Assembly (NCBI RefSeq): GCF_009914755.1
Contig: NC_060938.1
DNA length: 64,000 nucleotides
Source: the human T2T-CHM13v2.0 reference genome, Homo sapiens
Strand: one strand, 5' to 3'
Positions 42,378-54,655 of this stretch are shown here, piece by piece. The notes below the pieces were generated by a model. The model ran no database searches, was not told the DNA's origin, and saw only the letters and a list, made by a program, of their open reading frames with translations. The position numbers were made by a program, and so were the translations under genes. The stretch's first letter is position 1; the number at the start of each line of letters is the position of its first letter.

Positions 42378-43268
42378 ACAGGCCCAGTGAGTGATGAGAA
42401 CAGGTTTTCTGACTCCAAGTCCATTACACTTTTCTATTACCTGAGACATAATTTATTTTCTCAGAAAGTTTTGATAAGTTTCTACTGAAACGCTGTTTTA
42501 AAAAAAGATAACTCATAGACGGAGGGAGAGAGAGTTTAAGATTGCAACTGGAGAGCTGGCCCTGAGTAGAACTGTGAGGTACGCAGGTTACCCCTTTGAA
42601 CCTGGTTACCTTTCCGTTTCCTTTTGGAGGTCCTTCACCTTGCCTACTTACAGGTGCCCCATCCCAAACTGTCAGAAGCCCTTCGATGTTCTTCACCCTC
42701 CATTTATCAAAATCTATTCTCGGTTGTCACAAAAATCAGATAAACCAATTCACATCAACATAGAAGTAGAGCTGCTAAAAGCTTGATGAATTACCTACAG
42801 ATGGGGGCCTGGGAGAGTACTTACTATCTGTTAGGAGATAATCCTTTAATTAAGTAACCTCAAATCACTAATGGTAGCAATTCAAACACCACTAGCAGGC
42901 TAGTAGAAAATTATTTTTGGTTGGAAAAGAGCCAAGTACCCTTCAAATCATTCCATTGAAGTAGATGACTGCTTCGGGAGTCAGATATCACCAATATTAA
43001 AAGTAAAATAAAGTAAAAACCTTTTCAGGCCCCTCAAGCTTTCCCCTCAAGAAGCAATTCCTTCTCTTCACCACCCAACTTCATGAGAGAGTAGCCTACA
43101 TTCTTTGCCTCAGTTTCTTCTCTAGGTATTTACTCCTTAAACTTGTGCAACCTGTCTTTTACTCACATCATTACATTAAGACAGTTGCCTCAAAGGTCAC
43201 TTTACTTGGTCCTCAAACTACTCAACCTGTTGATCTTCAACTCTGTGAAGCATCCTGTCCTTCTAAAC

Positions 43269-43430
43269 AGGGCCAGGATTAAATTGAGGCAAGCAAGGTG
43301 ACTAAGGTACAAAATTTAAGGAGGCACTCACTCTCAAGGTTCTGCAAGTTCAGGGTTGGCATCTAAGAATTAGTACCCCCTTAAATTTTGCACCATAGAT
43401 GGCTTGCTTGCCTCACCCTTGTCCCTGCCT
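43269..43430. mobile_element. hAT-Tip100 MITE (MER96-like)
   Basis: Palindromic: TGAGGCAAGCAAG...CAAAATTTAAGG / CCTTAAATTTTG...CTTGCTTGCCTCA. Confidence 0.7.
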
Positions 43431-44670
43431 TCTTCTGAACTTCTTACCATATTCAGAGCATGGAATGCATTTTGCTACCTTCATGACTTTCCTCATGATG
43501 CAGGTGTAAATCGACCTCCACACTTGGTGCCTGCATGCATCCCTTCCTGCCTTTTTCTGTAGCAGCACACTTGGAGAACTGCTCTTTCCCAATTCAGTGT
43601 GTTTTGGTTGAGGCTGTCAAACAGTACCTCCCACTCCCTCAACCCACAGCAAGGTATAACCACCAAGTTGGGCCAGTCCTTTCCAGAAATTTATGAATTA
43701 GAGGAGCAGTTTTCTCTGTACTCTTGGATTGAGAGCAGTAAGAATATGTTACAGCCATATCACCTATTACAGGAAGGAGGCTCAAGGAAAAAGAAACAGA
43801 ATAGAGGAAGGAGAGACACAAAAGGCTAAGACTGGTAAAATATTTGTATGCTATTGACACCGAAGTTGGGTTCAGTTTTGTCTTGTGTTTTGGATGCAGG
43901 AGCTAACATACGTCCTCCTCCCTTTGCACTATTTTTTTTAAACTACTTTGAGTTTCTATTACTTGCAAACAAGGGTGCTAAGTTATAAAATAGAATGTTC
44001 TTTCTTTTCCCTTACCCCATCTACACAGGTACATAAACCCAACTATCAGGGCTCAGCTCTAAGGTCATTTTCATCCCAGAACCATGTTTGATCCATATCA
44101 TTTAACAAATCTCTCCCTTCTCTGAACTGCTGTGATATTTTATGCATCTCTCATATTAGTTAGATTCATATTTTCTATCTTCCACTGTACTATATTTTCT
44201 TCAAGGATAAGGTCTGTCATCTTTGTAATCTTCCAAGAACTGAGTACAGTATTTTTGCCACCACAGAAAATCAGTAGATCTTTGCTGAATAATTGAATTA
44301 AATGAATGAATGAACATAACTAAAGAATAGCCAGAATCCTTATGTTTTATTACAGGAAAGTTTAGTCTGAATGAGTTGAAGTTATTCACAAAAAAAAAAA
44401 AAGGATTTTCTTTTCCAAAGAAAAATAAAAGAAGGTATGGCCAACTGATTGCTAGACAAAGATAGTGAGTATAAAATTAAGACCTTACATTTATATTTAT
44501 TCATATCTGAATAAATAAACTCTGGAAAGACACATATGAAGCTATAAACAGTGGTTTCAAGTTTGGGGGACCAACCGAGCAGGTGGGAGATAGGGGTGGC
44601 AGGGAGACTTTTCAGTGTATACCTTTGTATAGTTTACATTTTTAAAATCATGTGAATTGATGCCTATATT

Positions 44671-45560
44671 AAGTTTACTACTTAAGATGTTATAAGTCAA
44701 ATGCTGAGCTGCTTCCTTTAGCTAATGGGAATGCTATTTTAGCTAATAGGCATTATAAAATGATAAATAAAGCAGGTTTTGTGGTAGAGAGTATTTGCCT
44801 ACAAAATGAAAGGAAAAATCTGGATGCCTAATGTAATATGCAGGCAGTGATAGCACCATGGTCAGGTTTTGAAAGTGCTGTGGCTCAAATAACTTAGAGA
44901 TAAAGATGATGTGCCCTGAAAAATTCTGTTAGAGGTCTCAACAAAGGGCACAGTGATGATAATCATGACGATAAGGACACTAATATTGAAGCTAAACATG
45001 AAGAGTTCAAATAAAATTGCTTCCTATTAAAAACAGTATAATAAAGAATCCAAAATTTTTCATAGTCTTCATCTATTAACTAGTGTTTCTCTTTGCAGTG
45101 GAGGGGAAGGTATGTCCTTTTGTCAGAACTTTTTGAAATATACACTTTCAGATGGGTGAGTTTTGTTGTATATAAATTATACCACAATAGAGCTGATTTT
45201 TAAAACATGTCAACTATTAGATTGAAGAGGACCTTAGATATTTTATCTAGTCATCCCCAATCTTTTCATCCAAGTATTCCTTTTATTTTGTTTCCAATTA
45301 TAGACCACATATCTTTAAATATCTTGTCACCTAAATGAAATAATAAAAACCACTGTGATGAATAATACCTATAAGCAATAAAATTAAGTGGGTTTACAGA
45401 CAAGAAAATCTTAACCTCATTTTGCTAGTTTAAAAGTTGAGAGTCAGGTCTTTTCACATAATCTACTTAGATTCTAATTTATAATTAGCTAAAATAGCAT
45501 TCCTATTAGCTAAAGGAAGCAGCTTGGTATTTGATTTATAACATCTTAAGTAGTAAACTT
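44671..45560. repeat. 77-bp inverted repeat (arms 44671-44747 and 45484-45560, 736-bp spacer)
   Basis: Manual alignment of one arm to the reverse complement of the other: 72/77 identical, ungapped. Confidence 0.92.
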
Positions 45561-48500
45561 TTTTATTGTACTTCAAGTTCTAAGGTACATGTGCACAACA
45601 TGCAGTTTTGTTACACAGGTATACATGTGCCATGTTGGTTTGCTGCACCCATCAACTCGTCATTTACATTAGGTATTTCTCCTAATGCTATCCCTCCCCG
45701 AGTCCCACACCCCCAAGTAGGCCCTGGTGTGTGATGTTCCCGCCCTGTGTCCACGTGTTCTCATTGTTCAACTCCCACCTATGAGTGGGAACATGTGATG
45801 TTTGGTTTTCTGTCCTTGTGATAGTTTGCTTAGAATGATGGTTTCCAGCTTCATCCAGGTCCCTGCAAAGGACATTAACTAATCCTTTTTATGGCTGCAT
45901 AGTATTCCATGGTGTATGTGTGCCACATTTCCTTAATCCAGTCTATCATTGATGGACATTTGGGTTGGTCCCAAGTCTTTGCTATTGTGAATACTGCCAC
46001 AATAAACATATGTGTGCATGTGTCTTTATAGTAGCATGATTTATAATCCTTTGGGTATATACCCAATAATGGGATTGGTGGGTCAAATGGTATTTCTAGT
46101 TCTAGATCCTTGAGGAATTGCCACACTGTCTTCCACAATGGTTGAACTAATTTACACCCTCACCAACAGTGTAAAAGCATTCCTATTTCTTCTCCACATC
46201 CTCTCTAGCATCTATTGTTTCCTGACTTTTTAATGATCACCATTCTAACTGGTGTGAGATGGTATCTCATCACGGATTTGATTTGCATTTCTCTGATGAC
46301 CAGTGATGACGAGCATTTTTTTCACCGATCTGTTGGCTGCATAAATGTCTTCTTTTGAGAAGTGTCTATTCATTACCTTTGCCCACTTTTTGATGGGGTT
46401 GTTTTTTTCTTGTAAATTTGTTTAAGTTCTTTGTAGATTCTGGATATTAGCCCTTTGTCAGATGGGTAGATTGCAAAGATTTCCTCCCATTCTGTAGGTT
46501 GCCTGTTCACTCTGATGATCATTTCTTTTGCTGTGCAGAAGCCCTTTAGTTTAATTAGATCCCATTTGTCAATTTTGGCTTTTGTTGCCATTGCTTTTGG
46601 TGTTTTAGTCATGAAGTCTTTGCCCATGCCTATGTCCTAAATGGTATTGCCTAGGTTTTCTTCTATGGTTTTTATGGAGTTAGGTCTTACATTTAAGTCT
46701 TTAATCCATCTTGAGTTAATATTTGTATAAGGTGTACAGAAGAGATCCAGGTTCAGCTTTCTATATATGGCTAGCCAGTTTTCCCAGCACCATTTATTAA
46801 ATAGGGAATCCTTTCCCCATTGCTTGTGTTTGTCAGGTTTGTCAAAGATCAGATGGTTGTAGATATGCGGCATTATTTCTGAGGCCTCTGTTCTGTTCCA
46901 TTGGTCTATATCTCTGTTTTGGTACCAGTACCATGCTGTTTTGGTTACTGTAGCCTTGTAATATAGTTTGAAGTCAGGTAGTGTGATGCCTCCAGCTTTG
47001 TTCTTTTGGCTTAGGATTGACTTGGCAATGTGGGCTCTTTTTTGGTTCCATATGAACTTTAAAGTAGTTTTTTCCAATCCTGTGAAGAAAGTCATTGGTA
47101 GCTTGATGGGGATAGCATTGACTCTGTGAATTACTTTGGGCAGTATGGCCATTTTCATGATATTGATTCTTCCTATCCATGAGCATGGAATGTTCTTCCA
47201 TTTGTTTGTGTCCTCCTTTATTTCATTGAGCAGTGGTTTGTAGTTCTCCTTGAAGAGGTCCTTCACATCCTTTGTAAGTTGGATCCCTAGGTGTTTTATT
47301 TTCTTTGTAGTAATTGTGAATGGGAGTTCACTCATGATTTGGCTCTCTGTTTGTCTATTATTGGTGTATAGGATGCTTGTGATTTTTGCCATTGATTTTG
47401 TATCCTGAGACTTTGCTGAAGTTACTTATCAACCTAAGGAGATTTTGGGCTGAGACAATGGGGTTTTCTAAATATACAGTCATGCCATCTGCAAACAGAG
47501 ACAATTTGACTTCCTGTTTTCCTAATTGAATACCCTTTATTTCTTTCTCTTGCCTGATTTCTCTAGGCAGAACTTCCAACACTATGTTGAATAGGAGTTG
47601 TGAGAGAGGGCATCCTTGTCTTGTGCTGATTTTCAAAGGGAATGCTTCCAGTTTTTGCCCATTCAGTATGATATTGGCTGTAGGTTTGTCAAAAATAGCT
47701 CTTATTATTTTGAGATCTGTTCCATCAATACCTGGTATATTGAGAGTTTTTAGTATGAAAGGCTGTCGAATTTTGTCGAAGGCTTTTTCTGCATCTATGG
47801 AGATAATCATGTGGTTTTTGTCATTGGTTCTCTTTATGTGATGGATTACGTTTATTGATTTGTGTATGTTGAACCAACCTTGCATTCCAGGGATGAAGCC
47901 GACTTGATTGTGGTGGATAAGCTTTTTGATATGCTGCTGGATTTGGTTTGCCAGTGTTTTATTGAAGATTTTTGCGTTGATATTCATCAGGAATATTGGC
48001 CTAAAATTCTCTTTTTTTGTTGTGTCTCTGCCAAGCTTTGGTATCAGGATGAGGCTAGCCTCGTAAAATGAGTTAGGGAGGATTCCCTCCTTTTCTTTTG
48101 ATTGAAATAGTTTCAGAAGGAATGGTATCAGCTCCTTTTTGTACCTCTGGTAGAATTCGGCTGTGAATCTGTCTGGTCCTGGATGTTTTTTGGTTGGTAG
48201 GCCATTAATTATTGCCTCCATTTCAGAACCTGTTATTGGTCTATTCAGAGATTCAACTTCTTCCTGGTTTAGTCTTAGGAGGGTGTATGTGTCCAAGAAT
48301 TTATCCATTTCTTCTAGATTTTCTAGTTTATTTGCGTAGAGGTGTTTATAGTATTCTCTGATGGTAGTTTGTATTTCTGTGGGATTGGTGGTGATATCCT
48401 CTTTATCATTTTTTGTTGTGTCTATTTGATTCTTCTCTCTTTTCTTCTTTATTAGTCTTGCTAGGGGTCTATCTATTTTGTTGATCTTTTCAAAAAACCA

Positions 48501-51500
48501 GCTCCTGGATTCACTGATTTGTTGAAGGGTTTTTTGTGTTTCTAGCCCTTCAGTTCTGCTCTGATCTTAGTTATTTCTTGCTTTCTGCTAGCTTTTAAGT
48601 TTGTTTGCTCTTGCTTCTCTAGTTCTTTTAATTGTGATGTTAGGGTGTCGATTTTAGATCTTTCCTGCTTTCTCTTCTGGGCATTTAGTGCTATAAATTT
48701 CCCTCTACACATTGCTTTAAATGTGTCCCAGAGATTCTGGTATGTTGTGTCTTTGTTCTCATTGGTTTCAAATAACGTCTTTATTTCTGCCTTCATTTTG
48801 TTATGTACCCAGTAGTCATTCAGGAGCAGGTTATTCAGTTTCCGTGTAGTTGTGGGGGTTTGAGTGAGTTTCTTAATCCTGAGCTCTAATTTGATTGGAC
48901 TGTGGCCTGAGAGACAGTTTGTTCTGATTTCTGTTCCTTTACATTTGCTGAGGAGTGTTTTACTACCAATTGTGTGGTCAATTTTAGAATAAGTGCGATG
49001 TGGTGATGAGAAGAATGTATATTCTCTTGATTTGGGGTGTAGACTTCTGTAGATGTCTATTAGGTCTGCTTGGTCTAGAGCTGAGTTTGAGTCCTAGATA
49101 ACCTTGTTAACCTTCTGTCTCGTTTATCTGTCTAATAATGATGGTGGGGTGTTAAAGTCTCCCATTATTATTGTGTGGGAGTCTAAGTCTCTTTGTAAGT
49201 CTCTAAGGACCTGCTTCATGAATCTGGGTGCTCCTGTATTGGATGCATATATATTTAAGATAGTTAGCTCTTCTTGTTGAATTGATGCCTTTACCATTAT
49301 GTAATGGCCTTCTTTGTCTCTTTTGATTTTTGTTGGTTTAAAGTCTGTTTTATCAGAGACTAGGATTGCAACCCTTGCTTTTTTTTTTCTTTCCATTTGC
49401 TTGGTAGATCTTCCTCCATCCCTTTATTTTGAGCCTATGTGCATCTTTGCACATGAGATGGGTCTCTGAATACAACACACCAATAGGTCTTAATTCTTTA
49501 TCCAGTTTGCCAGTCTGTGTCTTTTAATTGGGGCATTTAGCCCATTTGTATTTAAGGTTAATATTGTTATGTTTGAATTTGATCCTGTCATTATGATGTT
49601 AGCTGGTTATTTTGCCCATTAATTGATGCAGTTTCTTCATAGCGTTGATGGTCTTTACAATTCAGCATGTTTTTGCGGTGGCTGGTACCAGTTGTTCCTT
49701 TTCATGTTTAGTGCTTCCTTCAGGAGCTCTTGTAAGACAGGCCTGATGGTGACAAAATCTCTCAGCATTTGCTTGTCTGCAAAGGATTTTATTGCTCCTT
49801 CACTTATGAAGCTTAGTTTGGCTGGATATGAGATTCTGGGTTCAAAATTCTTTTCTTTAAGAATGTTGAATATTGGCCCCCACTCTCTTCTGGCTTGCAG
49901 GGTTTCTGCTGAGAGATCTGCTGTTAGTCTGATAGGCTTCCCTTTGTGGGTAACCCAAGCTTTCTCTCTGGCTGCCTGTAATATTTTTTCCTTCATTTCA
50001 ACCTTGGTGAATCTGACAATTATGTGCCTTGAGGTTGCTCTTTTCGAGGAGTATCTTTGTGGTGTTCTCTGTATTTCCTGAATTTGAATGTTGGCCTGCC
50101 TTGCTAGGCTAGGGAAGTTCTCCTGGATAATATCCTGAAGGGTGTTTTCCAACTTGGTTCCATTCTCCCCATCACTTTCAGGTATACCAATCAAACGTAG
50201 ATTTGGTCTTTTCACATAGTCCCATATTTCCTGGACACTTTATTCATTTCTTTTTACTCTTTTTTCTCTAACTTTGTCTTCTTGCTTTATTTCATTAATT
50301 TGATCTTCGATCACTGATATCCTTTCTTCCACTTGATTGAATCGGCTATTGAAGCTTGTGCATGCGTCACGAAGTTCTTTTGCCATGGTTTTCAGCTCCA
50401 TCAGGTCATTTAAGGTCTTCTCTACACTGTTTATTCTAGTTAGCCATTCATCTATCCTTTTTTCAAGGTTTTTAGCTTCCTTGTGATGGGTTAGAACATG
50501 CTCCTTTAGCTAAGAGAAGTTTGTTATTAGCAACCTCCTGAAACCTACTTCTGTCAACTCGTCAAACTCATTCTCTGTCCAGTTTTGTTTCCTTGCTGGT
50601 GAGGAGCTGCAATCCTTTGGAGGAGAAGAGACACACTGTTTTTTGGAATTTTCAGCTTTTCTGCTCTGGTTTCTCCTCATCTTTGTGGTGTTATCTACCT
50701 TTGGTCATTGATGTAGGTGAACTGCAGATGGGGTTTTGGTGTGGACGTCCTTTTTGTTGATGTTGATGCCATTCCTTTCTGTTTGTTCGTTTTTCTTCTA
50801 ACAGTCAGGCCCCTCAGCTGCAGATCTGTTGGAGGTTTCTGGAGGTCCACTCCAGACCCTGTTTGCCTGGGTATCACCAGCGGAGGCTGCAGAACAACAA
50901 ATATTGCTGCCTGATCCTTCCTCTGGAAGCTTTGTCCCAGAGGGGCACCCACCTGTTTGCGGTGTCTGTCGGCCCCTACTGAGAGGTGTTTCCCAGTCAG
51001 GCTACATGGGGGTCAGGGACCCGCTTAAGGAGGCAGTGTGTCCGTTCTTAGAGCTCGAACGCCGTGCTGAAAGAACCACTGCTCTCTTCAGCACTGTCAG
51101 ACAGGGATGTTTAAGTCTGCAGAAGCTGTCTGGTGCAGTCCGCAGAAGCTGTCTGCTGCCTTTTGTTCTACTATGCCCTGCCCCCAGAGGTGGAATCTAT
51201 TGAGGCAGTAGGCCTTGCTGAGCTGTGGTGGGCTCTGCCAAGTTCATGCTTCCCAGACTCTGTTTACGCTGTGAGCTACTCAAGCCTCAGCAATGGTGGA
51301 CACCCCTCCCCCCACCAATCTGCAGCATCACAGATTGAGCTCAGACTGCTGTGCTAGCAGTGAGCATGGCTCCGTGGGCATGGGATCTGCTGAGCCAGGC
51401 ACGGGAGAGTATCTCCTGGTCTGCTGGTTGCTAAGACCATGGGAATAGCACAGTATTTGGTCAGGAGTGTACCATTTCTCCAGGTACTGTGTGTCATGGC

Positions 51501-51726
51501 TTCCCTTGGCTAGGAAAGGGAAATCCCCTGACCCCTTGCACTTCCCGAGTAAGGTGACGCCCCGCCCTGCTTCAGCTCGCCCTCTGTGGTCTGCATCCAC
51601 TGTCCAACCAGTCCCAATGAGATGAACCAGGTACCTCAGTTGGAAATGCAGGAATCGCCTGTCTTCTGCATCAATCTCGCTGGGAGCTGTAGACCAGAGC
51701 TGTTCCTATTCGGCCATCTTGGAAGC
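45561..51726 (-). mobile_element. Full-length primate L1 (about L1PA6-8), inactivated
   Basis: 5' end GCTTCCAAGATGGCCGAATAGGAACAGCTC; ORF1 ATG at 50680, ORF2 ATG at 49591; EN, RT (LFADGM, YADD-type motif damaged) and C-terminal pieces in separate frames; TSD TTAAGTAGTAAACTT 45546-45560 / TTAAGTTGTAAACTT 51733-51747. Confidence 0.96.
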
Positions 51727-53589
51727 ATGATTTTAAGTTGTAAACTTATAATAACTTGCCTAAATCAGAAATCTCATTCCTCTAGTAAAGAAATACTTTC
51801 ACCAACAATACCCTAGTTGTATCACCAACACTAGACAGGTACTCAAACTGGTCAGAAACTCATTGACTCATTCAATTATCCTATAATCATCCATCCATTC
51901 ATTCACCATCTACTGGGCACATATTTTGTGCAAGGTGTTTTCAGCTTTCTATCCACACTAAAAAGTGTCTTAATCTTTTAACAGTTTACTTTTCAGTAAA
52001 TGAATGTGCAACAGGTAAACATTAGAAAGGAACAATTAGCCATGTTAAACAAGTACAGATATCCAAACCCTGATGAATTACATTCTGAGACACAGAAGGA
52101 ACTTTCCGAGATTGTTTCTGAGTCACTACCAGAAATGTCAGAGAATTTATAGACAATGGGAGGGGTGCCAGAATTCTGGAATAGGAAAATGATCTCTTTT
52201 GCTCAAAAAGAAGAAAAAGAGTAGACTTTAGAAACCATAGATTTAGCCGTAATTCTCTAACTGCTGGGAAGACGACAGTGCAGTGCCACAAGTCACCATC
52301 CTAAATTAACATTTTTATTCTTGACTTAAAGGTTTTTTAAAATCATGTTTTTAAATGAACTGAATTATAACTGAAAAGAAAAATTAATATGATAGATGAT
52401 CAGAACAAAATTCAACATGATCTTACTAGACTGGAATGTTAAACCAAAACAAGCAAGATAATTTTTAATAAGTCTATTGCAAATTTCCAGGCTTTAACAA
52501 CCTGTAACTACAAAATAAGGTCACAGGTCACACTTCTCCTACCTATGAAAATTACAGTGAATCTTGTTAGATTGATCGAAGGAAACTACCTGACAGTTCC
52601 CTTCCCCAGATTGTGTTTCAGATATGCTTATGTTTTTCTGCTATGAGAACCTTGTTATGATACCACACTCCTACTGTGGCATGAGCCTGCTACATTGCCA
52701 AGTACAGCTGTCCCCACTTATAATTCTCCCACTGCAACTCCTCTCTAGCCTCAAAAATGGAGACACTGCTCTTCCCTTTGCATTTCCATCCATGTGAGAC
52801 AGACCCTCCACTAAAACCCCTGAAGCACAGCTAATGTGAAGCCAAAACTTATGAATAAAATTTTACTCAAGGTTAAAGGATAACAGACAAGAAGTATAAA
52901 ACAAGTAATACAGTTGCTAGTAGAAGCAACTATTTTCAGAGTTCACAAACAAGACCCTTGCTTTGGAGGATCCTTAGCCTGGATCTATCTCCTGGGATCA
53001 ATCACTGTTCTGTCAGATGCTCTGACATCTCTACCCACAAGAGTTCAAGCCAAATTCTCCCCAAGGCTCAGAGAGAGAAACAAGTTTACCCCACCCTATC
53101 TGGATCTAATCAGCACTGTTAAAGTTAACAAGAAAGTATTCCTCCATAGTAATCAATTATGCCACCTAGTAAGATATGGGCTGGGCAGAGACTGAGCTTG
53201 GAGTTTTTAGGGTCAGTAAGTAGAGTAAAAGAGTAGGCTCCAATATTGGAATCCAAATGTCCCAGGCTAGATATGATAGTAGCAAAAAGGCACCAGCAGA
53301 CACCAAGAGCCAAAGGGGAAAAATCTGTAGTTCAAAGGGAACTTCACAATGAAGGTACAAGGAGAGGATTATCAGCTATTGCTCAGGAAAGTTAGTGAGT
53401 GGAGATTGACCTTCCAAAGCCAAAGTCAGAGAAAGAAACAGTAGTATAGGAGGACATCACACTGAAAAGGCTGCCCGCCAGGCAGAGTTCAGTGCAGGAC
53501 TTCAAGGCAAAGCCAAGGCTGAGACAAGATGAGCTGAATAAACTTGTGGTACCAGAAAACAAGGACATTCTCAAGAAAAGGATGGAGAC

Positions 53590-54655
53590 AAATCAAAAGG
53601 ATACAGGAGCCAACCCAAAGGAGTCCCACATGGCTCCTTTATTGGGACAATTTAGCAACTAAATTACATGATGCTAATATTGGATTGTAACTCATGAAGT
53701 AAAAGAAATATCTATGAGTCCACATTAACATAAATAAATAATTGAATAAATAAATGGTAAAGAAAGGGCAGTATTTCCTTATAGAAAAATTCTAATTAAT
53801 AATATAAAATGTAAAGAGATATCTAATGTTAAATGACGAGTTAATGGGTGCAGCACACCAACATGGCCCATGTATACATATGTAACAAACCTGCATGTTG
53901 TGCACATGTACCCTAAAACTTAAAATATAATTTAAAAAATGTAAAGAGAATACAGAGGAAATAAGAATAAAGTCATCATTAGGCAAATACTGCAATAGTA
54001 ATTGTTGCAGAAAAGATCCTACGGATGCAACAAATAATGGGCGAAAGTCTGAGGAAAACCAGGATATTAGCATACTCTCCAAGTACCCCAAAAGAGTTAT
54101 CAGTTACAAAGGGGAAAAGAGTAGCTTTACAGTGTAGAAACCCAGCACGACCAACTTAACCAAGTGATCAAATTAACATCATGAGTAATAAGACATGTTG
54201 ACATCATATATCTCTCTTATGATGTTCTTAGGATATGAGATGACTTCCATGGTATTCTTGACAAAAATGCATAACCCATCATGAGGAAATGCTAGTCAAA
54301 CCCAAATTGAGGAACATTCTGCAAACTGATCAGTATTCTTCAGAAATGTCAAGGTTATGAAAGACAAGGAAAGACCAAAAAACATCTTTGGAGGATACTA
54401 AAGAAACACAACAACTAAATACAATGTGGGGTCTTGAAAAAGAAAAAAAGACATTGGGATAAACTAGTAAAATGTCAGTAAAGTTTATAATTTAGATACT
54501 AATAATGTACCAATGTTAATTTCCTGGTTTTCATAATGTACAATGGTTGTATAGTTAACATTAGGAGAAGCTGGGCAAAACATGTATATATGTATCTTTG
54601 TATGATTTTTGCAAATTTACAAATTTAAATTATGATAAAATACAAAGTAAAAAAT
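53590..54655 (+). mobile_element. L1MC-type 3'UTR fragment
   Basis: CTTAACCAAGTGATCAAATTAACATCA; CAAACCCAAATTGAGGAACATTCTGCAAA; TACCAATGTTAATTTCCTGGTTTT. Confidence 0.75.
53820..53935 (+). mobile_element. Severely 5'-truncated young L1PA 3' end (about 116 bp)
   Basis: GACGAGTTAATGGGTGCAGCACACCAACATGG...TGTACCCTAAAACTTAAA; perfect 14-bp TSD AAAATGTAAAGAGA (53806-53819, 53936-53949). Confidence 0.9.

Noticed and set aside
45875-50215. ORFs with endonuclease, reverse transcriptase and ORF1 similarity
   Set aside because: Pieces of one frameshifted L1PA with a damaged RT catalytic motif; not active and not a novel RT system
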